Assembly: GCA_965220085.1 (NCBI GenBank)
Contig: CBDCOZ010000001.1
Coordinates: forward strand, 64,001-128,000
Reading direction: 5' to 3'
DNA: 64,000 bases
Source of the DNA: Candidatus Oxydemutatoraceae bacterium
GTDB taxonomy: Bacteria; Pseudomonadota; Gammaproteobacteria; Poriferisulfidales; Oxydemutatoraceae
A program made the position numbers and the translations under genes. The stretch's first letter is position 1; every line of letters starts with the position of its first letter. The notes beneath the pieces are model-generated. The model was given only the letters and a program-made list of their open reading frames with translations, was not told the DNA's origin and did not search any database. Below are positions 40,121 to 50,666 of this stretch, piece by piece.

Positions 40121-41081
40121 GCAATTTTACAAACAGCGGCGGGTTGTGTCGGCAGTCGCGCAGGATGTGTTTGAATGTGTCGGGGTCTTTGCAGGCGGCA
40201 ATCTGCTCTTTGCCGGGGGCGAAGCGGTAATGCAGGCGCAGCACCCAGAAGCGCAACGCCGTGCGGCGCATGACATCTTGCCACATATCGCATTCGTTTT
40301 GAGCGAAGGGCCGGCGCTCGCGGTAGCCCTCAAGCAGCGCGTCCTGGCGCTCGCCGTTGATCGAGAGGTCGTCGTTTCTGCACCAGTCGTTGACGGCGAC
40401 CGCCACATCGCAGAGCAGCGTGCCGTAGCAGGCGTAGTAGAAGTCTATCACCCCGCTCAAGGTGTCTCCGGCAAACAGCGCGTTGTCGCGAAACAAGTCG
40501 CCGTGGATGGTGCCGTGAGGCAGGACACTCAAGTCGCATTGCTTTTGGTAATCTATTTCCGACAGCAACAGTTCTTGATCCGCCGCGCTCAGCGTTGAGA
40601 GCATCATGTTCGCTTGCCGCCGACACCATTCAATGCTGTTGCTGTTGGCCCGCCGCGGTTCAAACGTACGCGTTGCGTTGTGTATCGAGGCGAGCGTCTC
40701 GCCGACGTGACGGCACTGCTTGGCATTGGGCCTGGCGGCATGGATCGTTTTGCCGTCCAAGCAGGTGATCAATGCGACCGGCTTATCGGCGTATTGGCCG
40801 AGGCGCTCGCCTTTGCGGTTGGCGATGGGGCGGGGGCACGGGATGCCGGCCCGCTCCAGGTGCGCCATCAGGTCAAGATAATACGGCAACTCCGCCCGTT
40901 GCAGCGATTCAAACACGGTCAGCACATAGCGTCCGTCATTGGGCCCGCCATCGGTGTTGACGAAGTAATTGGTGTTTTCCACCCCTTCGCTGGTGGCGGC
41001 AAAAGAAAGCAACCGCCCGGTCGGGTATGGTTCAAGCAAGCGGATGAGGTCTTGTTTGGGAATGGCGGTGTAAACGGACAT
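40095..41081 (-). CDS. thrB: Homoserine kinase type II
   Basis: MSVYT, GVENTNY, HGDLFRDN and IDFY. Confidence 0.93.
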   Translation of the reverse strand: MSVYTAIPKQDLIRLLEPYPTGRLLSFAATSEGVENTNYFVNTDGGPNDGRYVLTVFESLQRAELPYYLDLMAHLERAGIPCPRPIANRKGERLGQYADKPVALITCLDGKTIHAARPNAKQCRHVGETLASIHNATRTFEPRRANSNSIEWCRRQANMMLSTLSAADQELLLSEIDYQKQCDLSVLPHGTIHGDLFRDNALFAGDTLSGVIDFYYACYGTLLCDVAVAVNDWCRNDDLSINGERQDALLEGYRERRPFAQNECDMWQDVMRRTALRFWVLRLHYRFAPGKEQIAACKDPDTFKHILRDCRHNPPLFVKLHATTPETD

Positions 41082-41294
41082 GATTCGGAGTTCGCAGATT
41101 GCGCAAATATTATATAAGAAAATGCGAGGGCGCGTCTTGGCTGTGCGGCGTGAGCCAAGGTTCGTATCGTTTTATCTGCGATAAACCGTTATAAATGTAT
41201 TGCATTCATGCGGTTTGGGTGGCTGGGCTATAATGAACCGCTCTATGGTTCGCTACTGTTGAGCGCACATGATCGGTAACACTGTTTTTCATCT

Positions 41295-41690
41295 ATGTTT
41301 GGTTTCAAAAGACAACGCATAACCCGCGAACTGTTGTTGCGCATCATGGCGTGCTTTGCGCCGGTGCAAGATGCGATAGGCAATGTTCCGGTTGCGATAC
41401 AGAGCGATGTGCGGGTGCTGGCGGCGCTGTATGCGGTGATTTACTCATCGCTTGCGGCAGAAGGTATCGATGCCGAATCCGACCGGCGGATTGTAACCGA
41501 CCGCATATTTGACGAGATTTTCCGTCGCGAAGCGACCGCTGTTCTCAAGCGTTGCGATCGATTGCTGGCCGAGAAGGACGGCGACTTTCGCCGCGTCTTT
41601 GAAACGAACTGCTCCAACCAGAGCGCGCTTGACGAACTCGCGAGCTATGTCGATCAGAATTATGAGAGGCAGGAATATCGCGACCTGTAA
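41295..41690 (+). CDS. Hypothetical protein
   Basis: 131-aa ORF upstream of and collinear with polA. Confidence 0.55.
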   Translation: MFGFKRQRITRELLLRIMACFAPVQDAIGNVPVAIQSDVRVLAALYAVIYSSLAAEGIDAESDRRIVTDRIFDEIFRREATAVLKRCDRLLAEKDGDFRRVFETNCSNQSALDELASYVDQNYERQEYRDL

Positions 41691-41722
41691 CCGGTGCGCG
41701 GGGAGAAGGCAGTTTTTCGGAC

Positions 41723-44413
41723 ATGTCACAGCAACTTGTCTTGGTCGATGGTTCGTCGTATCTGCACAGAGCCTATCACGCGCTTGATTTAACCGGCCCC
41801 GAAGGCCGGCCGACCGGCGCGATCTATGGCGTGATCAATATGTTGCGCGCGCTGACCAAAACGTACGAGCCGGATTACTTTGCGGTGGTCTTCGATGCGC
41901 CCGGCAAAACGTTTCGTCACGAAATCTATCCCGGCTACAAAGCGCACCGCCCTCCGACGCCCGAAGACTTAAAACGTCAGTTTGAAATCACGCGCGACAT
42001 CATTGCGGCTTTGGGCTATCCGTTGTTGCAATACCAGGGGGTGGAAGCCGATGACGTCATCGGCACTTTGGCGCGGCAGGCTGTGGCGCAGGGGCTGAGC
42101 GTGCTCATCTCTACCGGCGACAAAGACATGGCGCAACTGGTCGACGACAAGACGCGCCTGATAGACACGATGAAGAAGAAGCAAGAAGAAGCCCTGACCG
42201 ACAGCGCCGCTAAGGTGAAGAAAAAATTCGGCGTGTTGCCGGAGCAGATAGCGGACTATCTCGCTCTGGTCGGCGATGCGTCCGACGGCATCCCCGGGGT
42301 TGCCGGGGTCGGGCCGAAGACCGCGGCGCAGTGGCTCAACGCGTGGGGTGATCTCGCCGGCGTGACGGAGCATATCGATGAGGTCAAGGGTGAGAAGACG
42401 AAGGAGGCGCTGCGAGAGACATTGCCGATGTTGGAGGTTTACCGAGATTTGACAACGATCAAATGCGCGCTGGAACTCAACGATGATCCGTTGTCTTTGA
42501 CCGTCGCCGACCCCGATATTGAAGCGTTGCGTCGCCTGTATCGGGATTGCGGATTTCGGCGCTGGCTTGAGGCGCTGGGCGATGACGGGGCGGCGGACGC
42601 TGCGCCCGACGACGGACCCGAGGTCGCGTATCGCCTGATACTGACCCAAGCGTCTTTGCAGGACTATTTGCGCCGCATACGCAAAGCCAAGCGCTTTGCT
42701 TTTGATATCGCGCTGTCCGGCGACCGCGCTGTTGACGCGCAGATCGTCGGCATCGCTTTGGCAATGGGGGAAGACGATGCCGTGTATATTCCGCTTGCGC
42801 ACAGCTACCCGGGCGCGCCGCAACAACTCGATCGCGAGCGCTGTCTGCGCCAACTCGCGCCGGTATTTGAGGATGCCGATTGCGCCAAGTCGGCGCACGA
42901 TGCAAAGCGCATGATACACGCCCTCGCCGCTTGCGACATCGCGTTGCGCGGCGTGAGCGATGACAGCATGCTCGCCTCTTATGTCTGTGACTCGGTCGCA
43001 AGCGATCACAGCATCGTCAAGGCGGCGCGCAAGTATCTCGCCATTGACACGATAGAACTCGAGACGATTGCGGGCAAAGGCGCGAAGCGGATCGCCTTCC
43101 CGCAGTTGGCGGTTAAAACGACCGGGGATTATCTGGCGCAGCGCGCGGATATGAGTCTGCGTTTGCAAGAATGCATCAAGCCGCGCCTCGCGCAAGACGG
43201 TTTGACGCGGGTGTATGAAGAGATTGAGATGCCCTTGCTGCCGGTGTTGGCGGCGATGGAGCGCAAGGGGGTTTTGCTCGATGCCGAGATACTCGCGCAA
43301 CAAAGCGCCGAACTCGAGCAGCGCGCGTCGGAGATCGAGCGCAAAGCGTTTGCGCAGGCCGGCAGCGAATTTAATATGAACTCGCCCAAGCAGATAGAAA
43401 CCATTCTCTATGATCAGATCGGTTTGCAACCCGAGAAAAAGACCAAAGGCGGCCAGCGCTCCACCGCCGAAGATGTTTTGAAGCAACTGGCGAACGAGCA
43501 CGAATTGCCGGAGTTGATCTTGCGGCATCGCGCTTTGAACAAACTCAAAACCTACGCCGATAGATTGCCGCTGATGGTCCATCCGCATAGCGGGCGCATC
43601 CACACGTCGTATCATCAGGCGGTGACGGCAACCGGACGGCTGTCGTCATCGGATCCCAACTTGCAGAACATCCCCATCAGGACCGAGGAGGGGCGCAGGA
43701 TCAGGCAAGCCTTCATCGCCCCGCCGGGCTGCCGCTTGCTGGCGATAGATTATTCGCAGATTGAGATGCGAATCATGGCGCACATGTCGGATGACGCCGC
43801 TTTGCTCAAGCGTTTTGCCGCCGGCGATGACATTCATTCGGCGACCGCCGCCGAGGTGTTCGGGTGCGCGCCGGCGCAGGTCGACAGAGACCAACGGCGC
43901 ATCGCGAAGGCGATCAACTTCGGCTTGATTTACGGCATGTCGGCATTCGGTCTGGCCAAGCAGCTCGGCATTGCGCGCAGCGAAGCGGTGCGCTACGTGG
44001 AGAAATACTTTGAGCATTATCCCGCGGTCAAGGATTATATGGAGCGCACACGCGCCCTCGCGCACGCGCAGGGTTTTGTCGAAACCATCAGCGGGCGGCG
44101 GTTGTATCTGCCCGATCTCAAATCACGCAACGCGCCGCTGAAACGTTATGCGGAGCGCACCGCCATCAACGCGCCGATGCAGGGTTCGGCGGCGGACATC
44201 ATCAAGCAAGCGATGATAGACATTCGCAAGGATTTGCCCGACGATGTGTTCATCATCATGCAGGTACACGACGAGCTCGTGCTGGAGGCGCCGCAAGACA
44301 AGGCGGCGGAAGTGCGCGAACAATGCTGTGACAAGATGTGCAAGGTGATGCCGTTCAAGGCGCCGTTGACGGTCGATGCGGGCGACGGCGCTAATTGGGA
44401 CGAAGCGCACTGA
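41723..44413 (+). CDS. polA: DNA polymerase I
   Basis: 5' nuclease EADD/DKD, TGRLSSSDPNLQNIP, DYSQIE, KAINFGLIYG and QVHDEL. Confidence 0.98.
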   Translation: MSQQLVLVDGSSYLHRAYHALDLTGPEGRPTGAIYGVINMLRALTKTYEPDYFAVVFDAPGKTFRHEIYPGYKAHRPPTPEDLKRQFEITRDIIAALGYPLLQYQGVEADDVIGTLARQAVAQGLSVLISTGDKDMAQLVDDKTRLIDTMKKKQEEALTDSAAKVKKKFGVLPEQIADYLALVGDASDGIPGVAGVGPKTAAQWLNAWGDLAGVTEHIDEVKGEKTKEALRETLPMLEVYRDLTTIKCALELNDDPLSLTVADPDIEALRRLYRDCGFRRWLEALGDDGAADAAPDDGPEVAYRLILTQASLQDYLRRIRKAKRFAFDIALSGDRAVDAQIVGIALAMGEDDAVYIPLAHSYPGAPQQLDRERCLRQLAPVFEDADCAKSAHDAKRMIHALAACDIALRGVSDDSMLASYVCDSVASDHSIVKAARKYLAIDTIELETIAGKGAKRIAFPQLAVKTTGDYLAQRADMSLRLQECIKPRLAQDGLTRVYEEIEMPLLPVLAAMERKGVLLDAEILAQQSAELEQRASEIERKAFAQAGSEFNMNSPKQIETILYDQIGLQPEKKTKGGQRSTAEDVLKQLANEHELPELILRHRALNKLKTYADRLPLMVHPHSGRIHTSYHQAVTATGRLSSSDPNLQNIPIRTEEGRRIRQAFIAPPGCRLLAIDYSQIEMRIMAHMSDDAALLKRFAAGDDIHSATAAEVFGCAPAQVDRDQRRIAKAINFGLIYGMSAFGLAKQLGIARSEAVRYVEKYFEHYPAVKDYMERTRALAHAQGFVETISGRRLYLPDLKSRNAPLKRYAERTAINAPMQGSAADIIKQAMIDIRKDLPDDVFIIMQVHDELVLEAPQDKAAEVREQCCDKMCKVMPFKAPLTVDAGDGANWDEAH

Positions 44414-44715
44414 GCCGCGCCCGCGCCGCTGAAACGTTATGCGGAGCGCACCGCCATCAACGCGCCGATGCAGGGTTCGGCGGCGGACATCATCAAGCAA
44501 GCGATGATAGACATTCGCAAGGATTTGCCCGACGATGTGTTCATCATCATGCAGGTATACGACGAGCTCGTGCTGGAGGCGCCGCAAGACAAGGCGGCGG
44601 AAGTGCGCGAACAATGCTGTGACAAGATGTGCAAGGTGATGCCGCTCAAGGCGCCGTTGACGGTCGATGCGGGCGACGGCGCTAATTGGGACGAAGCGCA
44701 CTGAGCCGCGCCCGC
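44131..44715 (+). repeat. 291-bp tandem duplication of the polA 3' end
   Basis: Units at 44131 and 44422. Copy 2 has VHDE>VYDE and F>L changes. Confidence 0.95.
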
Positions 44716-44721
44716 CGCGCC

Positions 44722-45324
44722 TTACAACATCAGATAATCGCCGATTTTGCGCCGCGCCTCGCCTGCGCCTCTGCCTTTGTGGGCGGAAAATATTTGCGCG
44801 CCGATCGCGCTCCGCAGCATGCGCTCCAGTTGCGCCATCGTATCGCGCAGCGTTTGCGCGCCCGCGCTCCGCGACAACTTGTCGCTTTTTGTCAGCAATA
44901 TATGCAGCGGCAACTCGGGGCGGAGGGCGATGATCCAATCGATCACTTCCATATCCGGTGTGCCGAGCGCGCGCCGAATATCTGCGATTAAAAAGACGCA
45001 ACGAAGACTCTGCCGGTTTGAAAAATAATCGTTGAGTACCGCATCCCACTGCTGTCGGGTTTTTTCATTGACATTTGAATAACCGTAGCCGGGCAGATCC
45101 ACCAGCCGTTTTTCCGCGCTGACGGCAAAGAAGTTTATCGTCTGCGTGCGCCCGGGGGTCTTGCCGGTCTTGGCGATCTTTTGCTTGCAGATGGCATTGA
45201 TAGCGCTTGACTTGCCGGCGTTAGAACGGCCGATGAAGGCGAGTTCCGCGCCGCTGTCCGGCAAAAACTCTTGCGCCCGCATGGCGCTTTTGACGAAGCT
45301 GGTGTTAGCCAGGGGATTCTTCAT
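44722..45324 (-). CDS. engB: Ribosome biogenesis GTPase YihA/EngB
   Basis: GRSNAGKSS, DLPGYGY and TKSDK. Confidence 0.95.
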   Translation of the reverse strand: MKNPLANTSFVKSAMRAQEFLPDSGAELAFIGRSNAGKSSAINAICKQKIAKTGKTPGRTQTINFFAVSAEKRLVDLPGYGYSNVNEKTRQQWDAVLNDYFSNRQSLRCVFLIADIRRALGTPDMEVIDWIIALRPELPLHILLTKSDKLSRSAGAQTLRDTMAQLERMLRSAIGAQIFSAHKGRGAGEARRKIGDYLML

Positions 45325-45340
45325 CGTCTCGCGCTGTCGG

Positions 45341-46462
45341 TCAATTGATCCGGCAGTAAAACCCGCCGCCGCCGCTGCTGACGTAGTTTTCCAACTCCAA
45401 CATCAGCAACATGGAGGCGACTTCTTCAATCGGCGTGTCGGTGCGCTCCGCCAGCGTGTCGGCGGTGACAGGGTCATAACCCATTTGCTCAAGTAACCGC
45501 AAATGCGACGCATCCAGCGCGCCCGCCTTGGCCGCGCCGGCGGCGGTGTCATCGTCTTCGCCGGCAGGCGACAGCGCTTCCAAGTCGACACAGGATCTGA
45601 TGCCGGCCAACACATCCGGAACGCTCTCGGCCAGTGTCGCGCCGCTGCGTATCAGATGGTGGCAACCTTTGCTCAGCGGGTTGTGGACGGAGCCGGGTAT
45701 CGCAAACACTTCGCGCCCTTGTTCGTTGGCGAGGCGCGCGGTGATCAGCGAGCCGCTTCGCATGCTCGCTTCCACGACGATAACGCCCAGCGACAGACCG
45801 CTGATGATGCGGTTGCGTTGCGGGAAGTTGCTCGGAATCGGCGGCGTGCCGCACGGGAACTCGGAGACGATCGCCCCGTTGCGCGCAATCGTCTGGGCCA
45901 GTTCTTTGTTCTGCGCCGGGTAGATGATATCGGGCCCGGTGGCGATGACCGCGACAGTCGGCGCCTTGGCATCCAACGCGCCGTGATGGGCGCGGCTGTC
46001 TATGCCGTATGCGAGACCGCTGGTGATGAGGATGCCCGCCTTGGCCAACTCGTTTGCAAAGTCATAAGCGATCTTTCTTCCGCCGACAGTCGGACTGCGC
46101 GAACCGACAATTGCAATTTGCGGATCGCGAAGCAGCGACCGATCGCCTTTGACAAACAGCGCCGGCGGCGCATCCGGCAAGGCGCTCAGACGTTCGGGAT
46201 AGTTTTGATCGAACAGACTGATGATCGTGTGCGCGGGGTCCCGCAACCACGCGAGGTCTTTCTCTATCAGGCTGCGGTCCGGGTTGCGCAGAAAGCCGAT
46301 CGCCTTGGCGGGCAAACCGGCCTTTGCCAGTTGATCGCGTTTTGCGCGGAGCACATCGGCGGGCGCGCCAAAGCGCTCGAGCAGCGCGCGGAAATGCTTG
46401 GCCCCGACACCCGGCGCGCGGTTTAATATCAGCAAGCTTTCCGAATTTGCGGTATCTGTCAT
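45341..46462 (-). CDS. dprA: DNA-processing protein DprA
   Basis: AIVGSR, SGLAYGID and FPQRNRIISGLS. Confidence 0.96.
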   Translation of the reverse strand: MTDTANSESLLILNRAPGVGAKHFRALLERFGAPADVLRAKRDQLAKAGLPAKAIGFLRNPDRSLIEKDLAWLRDPAHTIISLFDQNYPERLSALPDAPPALFVKGDRSLLRDPQIAIVGSRSPTVGGRKIAYDFANELAKAGILITSGLAYGIDSRAHHGALDAKAPTVAVIATGPDIIYPAQNKELAQTIARNGAIVSEFPCGTPPIPSNFPQRNRIISGLSLGVIVVEASMRSGSLITARLANEQGREVFAIPGSVHNPLSKGCHHLIRSGATLAESVPDVLAGIRSCVDLEALSPAGEDDDTAAGAAKAGALDASHLRLLEQMGYDPVTADTLAERTDTPIEEVASMLLMLELENYVSSGGGGFYCRIN

Positions 46463-46620
46463 GATTCTATCGCGGTTTTGACCGTCATCGGGCTATATTA
46501 TTACCTGTTGCGGACTTCTGCCATAATGCGAGGCATGAAACGACCATATTTTCCGACACGTTGCACGAAAGTACGCCGAGGGCGTAGAATAAGCGCGATA
46601 TCAGGAGGCTGGAAATTGAT

Positions 46621-47154
46621 ATGAAAGAGATACTCAGATACCCGGACCCCAGGTTGCGCCACAAGGCCGAGCCGGTAACAGACTTCGACTCCGAAGTCGC
46701 GCGGATTGCGGACGAGCTGTTGGAGACGATGTATGCCGAGAACGGTATCGGTCTGGCGGCGACTCAGGTCAATATTCAAAAATCCATTCTGGTCGTCGAT
46801 GTGTCGGAGAAGCGCGACACCCCGATGCGTCTGGTCAATGCGCAGATTACGCGCCGAGAGGGCGAGGAAGTGATGCAAGAGGGTTGCTTATCGGTGCCCG
46901 GTATTTTTGCCGAGGTCAAGCGCGCCGAACGGATTCGGGTAAAAGCCTGCACGCCCGCGGGCGAAGCGCTGGACATTGAAGCCGACGGGATACTCGCTGT
47001 TTGCATTCAACACGAGATGGATCACCTTCGCGGCAAACTGTTCGTCGATTATCTGTCGCCGGAAAAACGCCGCCGCGTGCTGGAGCAACTGAGAAAGTTG
47101 CGCCCCGGAGAAAAGCCGCCGCCGCGGGAGAACGTCCCTTACGAACTGGTTTGA
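46621..47154 (+). CDS. def: Peptide deformylase
   Basis: [13 protein letters not shown] and QHEMDH. Confidence 0.97.
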   Translation: MKEILRYPDPRLRHKAEPVTDFDSEVARIADELLETMYAENGIGLAATQVNIQKSILVVDVSEKRDTPMRLVNAQITRREGEEVMQEGCLSVPGIFAEVKRAERIRVKACTPAGEALDIEADGILAVCIQHEMDHLRGKLFVDYLSPEKRRRVLEQLRKLRPGEKPPPRENVPYELV

Positions 47155-47174
47155 GCGCGTCCGCTAACTGAGAA

Positions 47175-48122
47175 ATGCGTATTGTTTTTGCCGGCACTCC
47201 CGATTTCGTTTTGCCGACTCTTGAGCGGCTCATCTGCTCGCCGCACCGAGTGGTTGCCGTTTACACCGCGCCCGATCGTCGCGCCGGTCGCGGCTTGAAG
47301 TTGCGGCAAAGCGCGGTCAAGGAATGCGCGCTCGCGCATCATCTGCCGCTTGAGCAGGCAACAAGTTTTGACGAAGCCGCTTGCCGAACGCTTGCCGCTT
47401 ACGAAGCGGATGTAATCGTCGTGATGGCGTACGGCTTGATATTGCCCGCGGCGGCGTTGCGCAGCGCCAAGCTTGCTTGTGTCAATGCGCATCTGTCATT
47501 GTTGCCGCGCTGGCGCGGAGCGGCGCCGGCCGTGCGCGCGATTGAAGCGGGCGACGAATACAGCGGGGTCTGCCTGATCAAGATGACAGAGGCGTTGGAT
47601 GCCGGGCCGATAATCGCTTCGCAAGCGTGCCGTCTGCTGGCGGATGATACGAGCGACAGCCTGTTGCGCCGGCTGGGCGGGATGGTTCCCGATGTGCTGC
47701 GACGCTTTATGGACAATCCCCAAGCGATGCTCGCCGCCGCGGCGGCACAAACGGCGCAAGGCGTGTGCTATGCGTCCAAGGCGCGCAAAGACGAGGCGTG
47801 GCTAGATTGGACGCAGCCTGCGGCAACGCTTGATTGCAAGATTCGCGCCTTGAACCCGTGGCCTGTTGCGCAGACGCAGCTCAATGATCGCGTCTTGAGG
47901 ATATGGCGCGCAAGCCCGTGTGCCGGGGAAGGCGAGCCCGGGCGGTTTATCGGCGACGGGCGGCCTGCGGTCGTCGTCGCTTGCGGCGACGGCGCGCTGG
48001 AGTTGCGGCAGGTGCAGATGCAGAATGGAAAGAAGATGTCCGCCGGCGAGTTTGCCAACGGGCGGGCGCTTGCGGGGCAATGCTTGGATTCGTTGGTTTC
48101 CGATGCGGCGGGCGCGAAATGA
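47175..48122 (+). CDS. fmt: Methionyl-tRNA formyltransferase
   Basis: FAGTPDF and HxSLLPRWRGAAP. Confidence 0.96.
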   Translation: MRIVFAGTPDFVLPTLERLICSPHRVVAVYTAPDRRAGRGLKLRQSAVKECALAHHLPLEQATSFDEAACRTLAAYEADVIVVMAYGLILPAAALRSAKLACVNAHLSLLPRWRGAAPAVRAIEAGDEYSGVCLIKMTEALDAGPIIASQACRLLADDTSDSLLRRLGGMVPDVLRRFMDNPQAMLAAAAAQTAQGVCYASKARKDEAWLDWTQPAATLDCKIRALNPWPVAQTQLNDRVLRIWRASPCAGEGEPGRFIGDGRPAVVVACGDGALELRQVQMQNGKKMSAGEFANGRALAGQCLDSLVSDAAGAK

Positions 48123-49777
48123 AGACGATGATCAGACTGTTTTTAATCTGCATACTGGCGGCGGCTCCGTTCGTTGCCGTTGCGAACGGATATGCGATTG
48201 CAACGGCGCATCCGCTGGCAACCCAAGCGGGAGAGAAGATCCTCGCCGACGGCGGCAACGCATTCGATGCGGCGGTGACGGTCAGCGCGGTGTTGGGAGT
48301 GGTCGAGCCGTCCGGCTCCGGTTTTGGCGGCGGCGGTTTCTGGTTGCTGCACGAGAGCAAGACCGGCAAAGACATCATGGTGGACGGGCGCGAAGTCGCG
48401 CCGTCTGCCGCCCACGCCAAGTTGTATCAAGATGAGAACGGCGACGTCATCGCCGGCTTGTCGGCGGATGGCGCATTGGCCGCGGGCATACCCGGCATGC
48501 CGGCGGCATTGGCGCATATCGCCGAGCGTTACGGCAGTTTGCCGTTAGCGCACTTGCTGGCGCCGGCTGTGCGTCATGCCGAAGAAGGTTTTGCGGCGGA
48601 TGCGCGGCTTGTCCGCTATGCGAAGTCGCGCCTTGACGCATTGCGGGCACAGCCGCAAGATAGCATGCCCTTTCTTATCGGCAACGATGCGCCGAAGGTC
48701 GGCGATCGCATCCGGCAACGGGCTTTGGCAAACACGATCGGCAAGATAGCACAGCACGGCAAAGACGGCTTTTACCGCGGCGCCATCGCACAAGAGTTGG
48801 TCGCTTCGGTGCGGCGCGCGGGCGGCATCTGGCGGCTCAATGATTTGGCCGAGTACAAAGTGGTTGAGAGGCAGCCGATACGCATCACGTATAAAGGCGC
48901 CGATATCATCAGCGCGTCTCCGCCGTCGTCGGGGGGAATCGTGATAGCCGAGATACTCAACATCCTGTCCGAGTTTGACCTGCAAGGGATGTCGCCGCTG
49001 CAAAGGAAGCATCACATCATTGAGGCGATGCGCAGAGCATACAAAGACCGTTCAATGTGGCTGGGCGATCCGGATTTTGTCGAGATACCGCGCTACCTGA
49101 CGGACAAGAAATATGCCGCCACACTGGCGCGCGGCATCGATGCGACTGCCGCGACACCGAGCGGCGACTCCGCCGCCCCGCGCGAAGGCGAGAACACGAC
49201 GCATTTTTCTATCATCGATGCCGAAGGCAATCGGGTGGCGGCAACCTTGTCAATCAATTACCCGTTCGGTTGCGGTCTGATTGCCGGTACCACCGGCGTG
49301 TTGCTAAATAATGAGATGGACGATTTTGCCGCCGCGCCGGGCGCGGCCAACCTCTATGGTTTGACCGGCAGCGAGGCGAATTCCATCGCCGCCGGCAAGC
49401 GCATGTTGTCCAGCATGTCGCCGACCTTTGTGGAAGACGACGAACGCCTTGCGGCGCTCGGCACGCCCGGCGGCAGTCGCATCATCACGATGGTTCTGCT
49501 CGGCATCATGCGTTTCCTTGACGGCGACAGCGCCGGCGACATCGTCGCAGCGCCGCGCTTTCATCACCAGTATCTGCCCGATGTCGTGACCTTTGAGAGC
49601 GGCGCGCTGAGTGTCGGGATGCAGCGCGGCCTGCAAAAGCTCGGTCACAGCCTGAAACAACGACAGCGCCCCTACGGCAACATGCAGATCGTCATCCAAG
49701 ATAAGCGCAACGGAGCCTTGTCCGCGGCTTCCGATTCGCGCGGCATCGGCGCCGCAGCGGCAGGCATATTGCGTTGA
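48119..49777 (+). CDS. ggt: Gamma-glutamyltransferase
   Basis: GGNAFDAA, TTHFS, NNEMDDF, LSSM and GTPGGSRI. Confidence 0.95.
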   Translation: MKTMIRLFLICILAAAPFVAVANGYAIATAHPLATQAGEKILADGGNAFDAAVTVSAVLGVVEPSGSGFGGGGFWLLHESKTGKDIMVDGREVAPSAAHAKLYQDENGDVIAGLSADGALAAGIPGMPAALAHIAERYGSLPLAHLLAPAVRHAEEGFAADARLVRYAKSRLDALRAQPQDSMPFLIGNDAPKVGDRIRQRALANTIGKIAQHGKDGFYRGAIAQELVASVRRAGGIWRLNDLAEYKVVERQPIRITYKGADIISASPPSSGGIVIAEILNILSEFDLQGMSPLQRKHHIIEAMRRAYKDRSMWLGDPDFVEIPRYLTDKKYAATLARGIDATAATPSGDSAAPREGENTTHFSIIDAEGNRVAATLSINYPFGCGLIAGTTGVLLNNEMDDFAAAPGAANLYGLTGSEANSIAAGKRMLSSMSPTFVEDDERLAALGTPGGSRIITMVLLGIMRFLDGDSAGDIVAAPRFHHQYLPDVVTFESGALSVGMQRGLQKLGHSLKQRQRPYGNMQIVIQDKRNGALSAASDSRGIGAAAAGILR

Positions 49778-50006
49778 TGGCCATCCGAAATGCGCGCAAA
49801 GTTGCCATACTCCGCTTGCGGCTTGCAAAAGCTCGGTCACAGCCTGAAACAACGACAGCGCGCCTGCGGCAACATGCAGATCGTCATCCAAGATAAGCGC
49901 AACGGAGCCTTGTCCGCGGCTTCCGATTCGCGCGGCATCGGCGCCGCAGCGGCAGGCGCATTGCGTTGATGGCCATCCGAAATGCGCGTAAAGTTGCTAT
50001 ACTCCG
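49626..50006 (+). repeat. 192-bp tandem duplication of the ggt/DUF4390 junction
   Basis: Units at 49626 and 49818, with several substitutions. Confidence 0.93.
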
Positions 50007-50625
50007 TTTTATGTATCTCATGAGCAATCGGTTAGCGGTCGGCGCGGTCGGCATTTTGGCGGTGTGGTGTGTTGTCACAACTCCGGTTGTCGGTCAAAAC
50101 GCGCATCAACAACCCGGCACGACGACCCACGGTCAAAGCGGAGACATCATCACGATAGAGTTCGGCGAGCCGGCGGTGCGCGACGGTGTCATTTCCTTGA
50201 ACGCGCAAGCGTCGTTTGAGTTGCCCGCCATGTTGGTGACCGCGCTGAACAAAGGAGTGAATCTGATTTTTGTCGGCGAGGCGGTGGTGTTGCAAGAGAG
50301 AGAGATGTGGCCGGACAAAGAGATTGTCAACATCCGCTTGCCCAGACGTTTGCGTTTCCACGCTCTGACGCGCAAATACATCGTGGATGACTTGGCGACA
50401 TCCGCTCAGGAAGCCTTTGACTCGTTAAACGCCGCGCTGCGCTACCTCGGCCGCTATGAGGATATAGTCCTGATCAAATCGTCGCTGGCTGCGGCGTCAC
50501 AAGCGACCCACGTGCGCATGCGCATGCGCCTTCAGCGCAACAATCTGGCCTTGCCGTTGCGTCTGCAAACCTATTTTTCCGCGCCATGGCCCATGTCTTC
50601 GGACTGGCGTCAATGGGCCCTCTGA
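49969..50625 (+). CDS. DUF4390 family protein
   Basis: AL-x2-G, HALTRKY, LPLRL and SSDW. Canonical position upstream of the ntrY-like kinase. Confidence 0.75.
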   Translation: MAIRNARKVAILRFMYLMSNRLAVGAVGILAVWCVVTTPVVGQNAHQQPGTTTHGQSGDIITIEFGEPAVRDGVISLNAQASFELPAMLVTALNKGVNLIFVGEAVVLQEREMWPDKEIVNIRLPRRLRFHALTRKYIVDDLATSAQEAFDSLNAALRYLGRYEDIVLIKSSLAAASQATHVRMRMRLQRNNLALPLRLQTYFSAPWPMSSDWRQWAL

Positions 50626-50666
50626 GCGCGGCGGCGCGGTAATCATGTCTGCGCGAGGTATCCGGC

